DNA from: Azolla caroliniana
Lineage: Eukaryota > Plantae > Polypodiophyta
Length of the DNA: 52,046 nucleotides
NCBI GenBank assembly: GCA_043228905.1
Contig: JBHGNT010000212.1
Location: forward strand, 1-52,046
Reading direction: 5' to 3'
Shown piece by piece: positions 45,531 to 52,046 of this stretch. The stretch's first letter is position 1; each line of letters opens with the position of its first letter. Under the pieces are notes generated by a model, which made no database searches, was not told the DNA's origin, and saw only the letters and a list, made by a program, of their open reading frames with translations. The position numbers were made by a program, and so were the translations under genes.

Positions 45531-48500
45531 GGATATTCCCTAGGATGACCAGGCACTAATGGAGCAATTTCGTTTTGGCCTACGTAATGATGTTAAAGAT
45601 TTACTCTTAACTTTCCCTGAGGAGCCAAAGTCATTGACAAAAGCAATCAGTGGTGCGGTGCGATGCGATAATCGCCTCTCCGAACGACGTTCGGAACGTC
45701 AGTTCCAAATGCCAATGACAAGATCGGAGCTGACCTACGCTTTAATCGTAGCAAAGCCTTTCCCAAGGGAGTAATTCAATACGTCTCCAACAAATACTCT
45801 GACTCCAATGGAAATCGACACCACATGTCGTCACGGACCACTATCAGAAGAAGAAAAGCAGCGACGCGGAGCAAAATCGATTATGCCTTTATTGTGGTGG
45901 ACCAGGGCATATTGCAATGAATTGCCCCCATTGGCTGAAAAGGCAGGTAAATCAAATAACCAGTAGTACTAATAGTACTAAACTGAGTCTATTTCTCTAG
46001 GTGTGTCTGATAGTCCTAATAGCCCAAGACTTTCAAACAAATTTGAAATCCTTAGTCAACCACAAGAAGAGTTAAACAATTAAGTCCAGCCAAAATAGGA
46101 GTCGTTTGGTTGGATAGCCCTAGATCTGTGCAACCCATTAGTGGTTCCATTTCCTCTAAGCAAGTTAGCAATGTGTTCTTAGCTCAAGTAATGGTTAGTA
46201 CTAAAAGTACTCCTCCAGTACATGTCTTAGCACTCTTAGATTTTGGAGCCAACTCTTGCTTCATGGATAGGAATTTTGTCCAAGCTCATCAAATATCCCT
46301 AAACAAAGTCACATGTCCAGCCTCTGTAGTAGTCATTGATGGTCGTCCTATTGCTTTTGGAAATATTATAGAAGAGTCAAAACCCGTTAATATTGTCCTA
46401 GATAACTTAGAATGTGTAGTATCATTTAATATAATTCGTATCCCAGAACATCCCATAGATTTTGGGATTACCATGGTTCGAATTACATAACCCAACGATA
46501 GATTTGAGAACAAGAGAAATACGGTGTCGACAAACCCAAGGATCTACTCATAAGATTGCAACCATTTCGCTACATCAGTTGCGTGAGGATGGATGCAAGG
46601 AAGAAATGTTTCCCTTCACAATATCAGTAAACCCCTCCAACATCAATAAAGAGGAGTCCACCATTCAACTTCCAGAGAAGTATCGTCATTATGCCGATGT
46701 GTTTGATAAAGTACGAGCCAGTACGCTGTCGCGAAAATACGACGAGGATACGTGAACTTGAGGCAGGACCCCGGGGCCTCCGACCAGAGAATATCAAATT
46801 CGTGTGTTTATGTACTAAGAATTAACCGAAATAAAAAAGATTGACAAATTTCATTAATAAATAGAAAGAAAGATTACAATTAATCCCAAGATTGGGATTA
46901 GAAAAAGTTTAGCTAATGAAGATTGCTAGAGTAATAGATTAGAAGAATTTGAGATATGGATTCAAAAGAAAATTAGGGTTTTTTGGCTTTGATAAGAGAT
47001 TATAGTTTATGAGTTGAATAACTTCCGTATGGAAAATTTGGAATTATGAGTGATAGATCCCCTAAGAAAATTTGAATTCTTCCTTTTTGTCTCTCACCCA
47101 TACACTTGCATGAAGGAACTTCAGTTTGCATCTCCCCATCCCTTTGCATGCGTTCCACATGGCGTTTTTACTTTAGTTGCATGATCTCTCCACTTTTTCT
47201 TTTCATGCCTTCCATATGATCTTTACTTTATGCATGCCTTCCAACTTTAGTTGCATGCGTCCACATGGCCTTTACTTTAGTCTCTTTTACTTTAATTTGT
47301 CACATGATCCTATCATCCGTCCATCTCGATCGTCGCCCATCCAATCCGTCTGTCTCGATCACCACCCATCCAATCCGCGTCCAACCTTGTTCGATCGCCG
47401 GTTCCACCTGATCACCGATTCCGTAAAGTCATCGGTTGCCGGATTCACCCAATTTCCAACTCCATCCGATTGTTGGTTTCACCAGTTCTGATTTGATTAC
47501 CAACCGGTTCCGGTTTAGTTTCCGACCGGTTCCGGTTTGGTTTTTTGGTAAGTTGGCCACATTCATCCATCTAGACAAAGTGGCTAAAGTGCTCTTGGCA
47601 CAAATGAAAAATGAGGGATCTCAATGTGCTTATATAGCTAGGGCCTTAAGTTTCCTATCTATGTGGGATAAATCATAGTTCTATTTTCTCTTTCTTCTCA
47701 AACTTCATGTTCTCATAACTTGATATGTAGTTGTCCATTTTGTATGTAGTAAAATGCGTTTTGAAGTTCTTGAGTACATCCATCTTTCTATAATAAGCTA
47801 CTAATCTAATCTACAATAATTATTTCATTATTTTTTTACACAGTGTGTGAAGATTCACACGACAACGCTTCCTCACCATCGATCGTATGATTGCCCCATC
47901 GATTTACAACTAGGAAAAGAGACACCATGGGGAACGATCTACAATTTGTCACTAACCGAGCTAGAAGTCCTTGGAGCCTATATAGAGGAGAATTTGGCAA
48001 ATGGTTTCATTCGACATTCGAAATCTCTAGCCGACGCACCCATTTTCTTCGTCAAGAAAAAGGATGGATCACTTCATCTTGTTGTAGATTACCGCGGATT
48101 GAATAAAGTAACCATCAGGAATAGGTATGCACTTCCCCTTATCTCAAGTCTTTTAGAACGGATCAATGGTGCAAGGTTCTTCACAAAGATCAACTTACAA
48201 GGAGCATATAACCTCGTATGGATCCAACCAAGATATGAATGGAAGACTACGTTTCGCACCAGATATGGGCACTTCGAGTATACGGTCAAGCCATTCGGCT
48301 TCACTGATGCGCCATCAGTCTTCCAACACATGTTAAATGATATATTTTGAGATCTCTTGGATGATTTTTTAATCATCTATTTGGATGATGTGCTAGTTTA
48401 TTCGAAGACCCAAGAGGAGCATGATTCTCATGTACTGTTAGTACTAAAATGACTTCGAGAACATGGTCTTTATGCAAAGCTGGAAAAATGTAGTTTCAGG

Positions 48501-48735
48501 TGCAACTACGTAGAATTTTTGGGCTATTTCATTTCCTCAGAAGGTATCTCCATGGATCCAGCTAAGGTCAAAATGGTGGTAGAGTGGCAGACTCCGCGTT
48601 CGTTGCGAGATGTGCAATGTTTTGTAGGCTTTGTCAATTTTCACCGCAAGTTCATATAGGATTACTCAAAGCTTGTTCTACCTCTCACACAACTTACCAG
48701 GAAGGGACAATCATTCGTTTGGTCTAAAGAAATGG
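45531..48735 (+). pseudogene. Decayed Ty3/Gypsy (chromovirus/Tf-like) gag-PR-RT fragment interrupted by a solo LTR
   Basis: EQFRFGLRNDVKD, TPMEID, zinc-knuckle remnant YCGGPGHIAMNC, LLDFGAN, KVRAST|LPHHRSYDCPIDL, DYRGLN and YLDD motifs. Confidence 0.85.
46727..47864 (-). mobile_element. Solo LTR (family D, 1138 bp) with 4-bp TSD
   Basis: TGTCG...CGACA termini; TSD ACGC (46723-46726 / 47865-47868); host pol frame is restored on removal. Orientation inferred from the U5 motif. Confidence 0.88.
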
Positions 48736-49745
48736 ACAAGAGCCCCCGAGCGATCAAAGCACATCTCGGCCGAGTCCGAAGATGGACAAAGGGAAGGCAA
48801 ATATGCCAAAGTATGAAGACGATCACTTCGATGGCAATGAATCAACTCACTCCGTCGATAGCGAGTTTGAAGGCCTTGAGATCCGGACAAATGGAGCGGA
48901 GAACGCCGTAGTATCCGCAAACAAGAAGCTCCGTCGATCCACCCGTGAAAAGAACCCCGTAAGCCAATTCAACTACAACGATTATATGGCGTACCATTAC
49001 GCTTTTATGATGAAGGTGGCAACAGTACGGGAGCCAGAAACCTTTTCCGAAGCCACGATGGATCGAAGCAATGAACGAGGAGATGCGTGCATTACACAAG
49101 AACGAGACATGGGATTTCGTTCCCCACTCACCGCATAGGAAGGCAATCGGATGTAGATGGATCTACAAGGTGAAGTATAATGCTAACAACTCCATCAACC
49201 GCTACAAAGCTCGACTCGTACCGAAAGGATACGCACAAACACATGGCATCGACTACGAAGAGACCTTTGCCCTAGTAGCAAAGATGACGATGGTGTGGAC
49301 CGTGATCGCACATGTAGCAGCAAAAGGGTGGCACCTCCATCAAATGGACGTCAAGAACACCTTTCTTCAAGGCGAATTAGACGAGGAGTTGTACATGGTA
49401 CAACCACCCGGCTTCGAATTGAGCATTCATCCAAAAGCCGTATGCCAACTCAAGAAGCCTCTCTACAGCCTCAAGCAAGCACTGCGTGCTTGGCATTCGA
49501 AGATTACGCAATATCTTCTTGAAATCGGCTTTCAAATGTCGAAATTTGACAACTCCCTCTGCGTACGACACGACTCTAGAAGCTTAATTGTCACCATCCT
49601 ATACGTGGATCATCTGGTCATTGGAGGTGAAATTCTTGTCGACATCAACAAGGTCAAGTCCCTCCTCTTCGGAAAATTTGAGATGACGGACATGAAGGAG
49701 ATCCATTACTTCCTTAGCATCGAAGTAATTCGGATTCCGGCCTGC
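48736..49745 (+). pseudogene. Copia INT-RT fragment of the same family as 39830-44139
   Basis: MDKGKA..LRRSTREKNPVS..YAFMMKV..WHLHQMDVKN is collinear with ~42495-43510. Confidence 0.88.
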
Positions 49746-52046
49746 TGTTACCGGCCGGCAAAGGAGTCCAGAGTGTGAAACAAAGGAGTTATTTAATTAT
49801 TAAGGAATGGTTGTAAGTGAGCTATTAGTGTGGACGGACGGACCGGAATCAGTATGCCATTCCGGATCCGGACCGATCCCGAACAAGTGCGGATGGCACC
49901 GTTTTGTACTACAAACCGGAAACCTATTTAAAGGCCCGGATACAATGTAATGTGGAGCGGATAATTAATGAAGCTTAGTGTTTTATCTCTCTGTGTTAAT
50001 GGTCGTTCTGCATTCATTGTTATATCTTACGCGTGTGATTATTAAGGACGATCTTGCTAAGTAACCTAATTAAGTCGGATTAATCATTGAGCCTAATCCT
50101 CTTGTCGTAACACCCTTTGGTGAAGTGTCTTCCGTAGACACCCTGTGTTAGGCCATTGTCCGGCCCTAAGAGTTAACACAGTTTTTGGCGACCACGATTC
50201 CTGTTTTTGCAGCGAACGACGACATGAATGGATGACTAGATCAATGCACGACCTGGTTACAGATCGAACTCGACGCCTTGCCAAAAGGCAAAGGAGACGT
50301 GAGGCTTTCCAACAAGCGGCGCAAGAAATTAGAGTGGATCGCTCGTTTTCCAACGTAATCCGGAGAGTCGCGGAGGAGTCCTTCTGGTTACAGCAAACAT
50401 CGCACCCGGACGACGGCAGCAGCCTAAGCAGCCTCCGGGAAACCGAATCCCTTCTCCAGGCATTGGCAAGCGGAGAAGGCGAAGCATAAGCCTTTTCAGC
50501 GTATGAATCGGATTCCGAAGGGGGATACAACGTGCACACGAACTACCGTAGGACGAAAGATCAGACACCTTACCGACACCGGAAGTCGAGGAGGAGAGGC
50601 CTCCGTCACCAAAAGAAGAGGAAAGACCACCGACGCCGGAGACAAATCAGGAACGACCACCGACGCCGGAGAAAAACCAAGAACGACCACCAACACCACC
50701 AGCCCGCGCACCGATACCGGACGACGACATGTCGTTCCAGTACTCCAAGTATAGAGATGATCCGGACACGGAAGCTCATGTTCACGCCTTTGAACAGACA
50801 TGGGAAGCAAACCATGTGTCCCAACGATTGACCCCGGAGGAAGAGGAACGCTCTAAGATAGTGGAATTTGGCATGACATTGGAGGGACCGACAGCAAGAT
50901 GGCAATAGACGCAGGACCCGTCTACCATCACCACCTTTGCAGATTTTAAAGCTAAATTCTTGCATTTTTTCCACAACGAGGTGGACTAGACAGTAATGGT
51001 GGGCTTGTTTTATACCATCCGACAGGAGGCAGGGGAGAGCATTCCCTAGTTTTTCATCCGGTTTCAACGGATGCATAGTCAGCTTGCCCGCGCACCCCCG
51101 GAGGAGGAATTACGGACTATATTCCTAAATGCGCTCCAAGAACCCCTACGCACGGTTTGCACGGTAATTGACTTCCGCGCAAATACCATCGACCAGGTCA
51201 TTGACCGGGTGAGAGAGTTGGAAAAGACAAGCTCCTGGCTCACACTGGGAGCACTCCAACAGGCGTTACCGTCCGATGAAGACCTCCGATTTCGGCAAGC
51301 AATATAGTGCACAACCTGCTTGAATTCCGGACACTCGGCACTAGAATGCACTATGAGGACGCAATGTGTAATCTGTCAATCCAAGGGCCATACGACGGAT
51401 AGGTGCGAGTATAATCTATTGAACCGGCAAGCACTGCCCGTCCGACAAATAGAGCCACGCAACAGCTGGGGTGAAGAAGAGGAACGCTGGCGGTGAATGG
51501 ACCGCGACCGACCGGCACAAGATGTCCGGTATGGCGATCAACGGGAGAATGATGTCTAGTACGGCGATCGGCGGGATAACTACGACCGGTACGATAGATA
51601 TGATCGGTACCGGGATTACAATAGACGATACGAACATTACGACCGGGAGCACTCCCCCGGGTATCGTCAGCAGCGGGAGGAATACGGCAGATATAACGAC
51701 CAACCTCGTCAAGAGTACCACAATAAGAAGAACTATAACAAAAAACGGCATTTCAAAAAAGGCGGCCACCCACGGGATCCGGAACAAGGAGCTTCAAGCA
51801 GCCAACCGGCCCAAAACCCCGCGCTTACCACAGGACCTGCCCTGGGTACAACAAACAATGCCGAATCCAGCAATACCCAATAAGCCTACTGCTACTACTG
51901 CCGACAGGAAGGCCATTATAGTAATCAATGCCCGACGAAGAGCTATGACAAACGACTGGCAGTAAATATGGTAGTCCCTGAAGTGGCAGATCTGCAGAAG
52001 GTGACCACAAGGTCAAAGGGCATGGCCAAGGAATGGGAGACGCAGG
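49746..52046 (+). mobile_element. 5' part of an LTR retrotransposon, probably Ty3/Gypsy: LTR 49746-50112 and decayed gag; runs off the window
   Basis: TGTTAC...GTAACA termini; TATTTAAA at ~49925; gag-like EFGMTLEGPTARW; CCHC knuckles at ~51308, ~51365 and ~51890; ends VTTRSKG. Confidence 0.8.

Overview
This is eukaryotic, almost certainly land-plant, DNA; the element types suggest a non-seed plant, but the species cannot be read from the sequence. It consists almost entirely of nested retrotransposons, and no host gene is evident. Young, near-intact elements: (i) a non-chromovirus Ty3/Gypsy with a tRNA-Trp PBS and 4-bp TSD (1905-9203); (ii) a Tat-like Gypsy with a second, archaeal-type RNase H (22695-29659, minus strand); (iii) an intact Tork/Tnt1-like Copia (33799-39323). 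Older or partial elements: a decayed Copia with a nested solo LTR, a chromodomain Gypsy split into three pieces, a LINE split into three pieces, two related Copia fragments, two more Gypsy remnants and several solo LTRs. The main candidate for an undescribed system is a Gypsy lineage with TGTC...GACA LTR ends and five insertions here. Every readable target site is a CpG-centred 4-mer (RCGK). The autonomous member has a G_GAU_UUU slippery site and a predicted pseudoknot between protease and RT. One sub-family carries a tRNA-like Pol III A/B-box cassette inside its LTR. Also notable are a ~1.1-kb LTR fold-back and a non-autonomous Tat partner whose single ORF fuses gag to compressed pol fragments. 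All coordinates and mismatch counts were read by eye.
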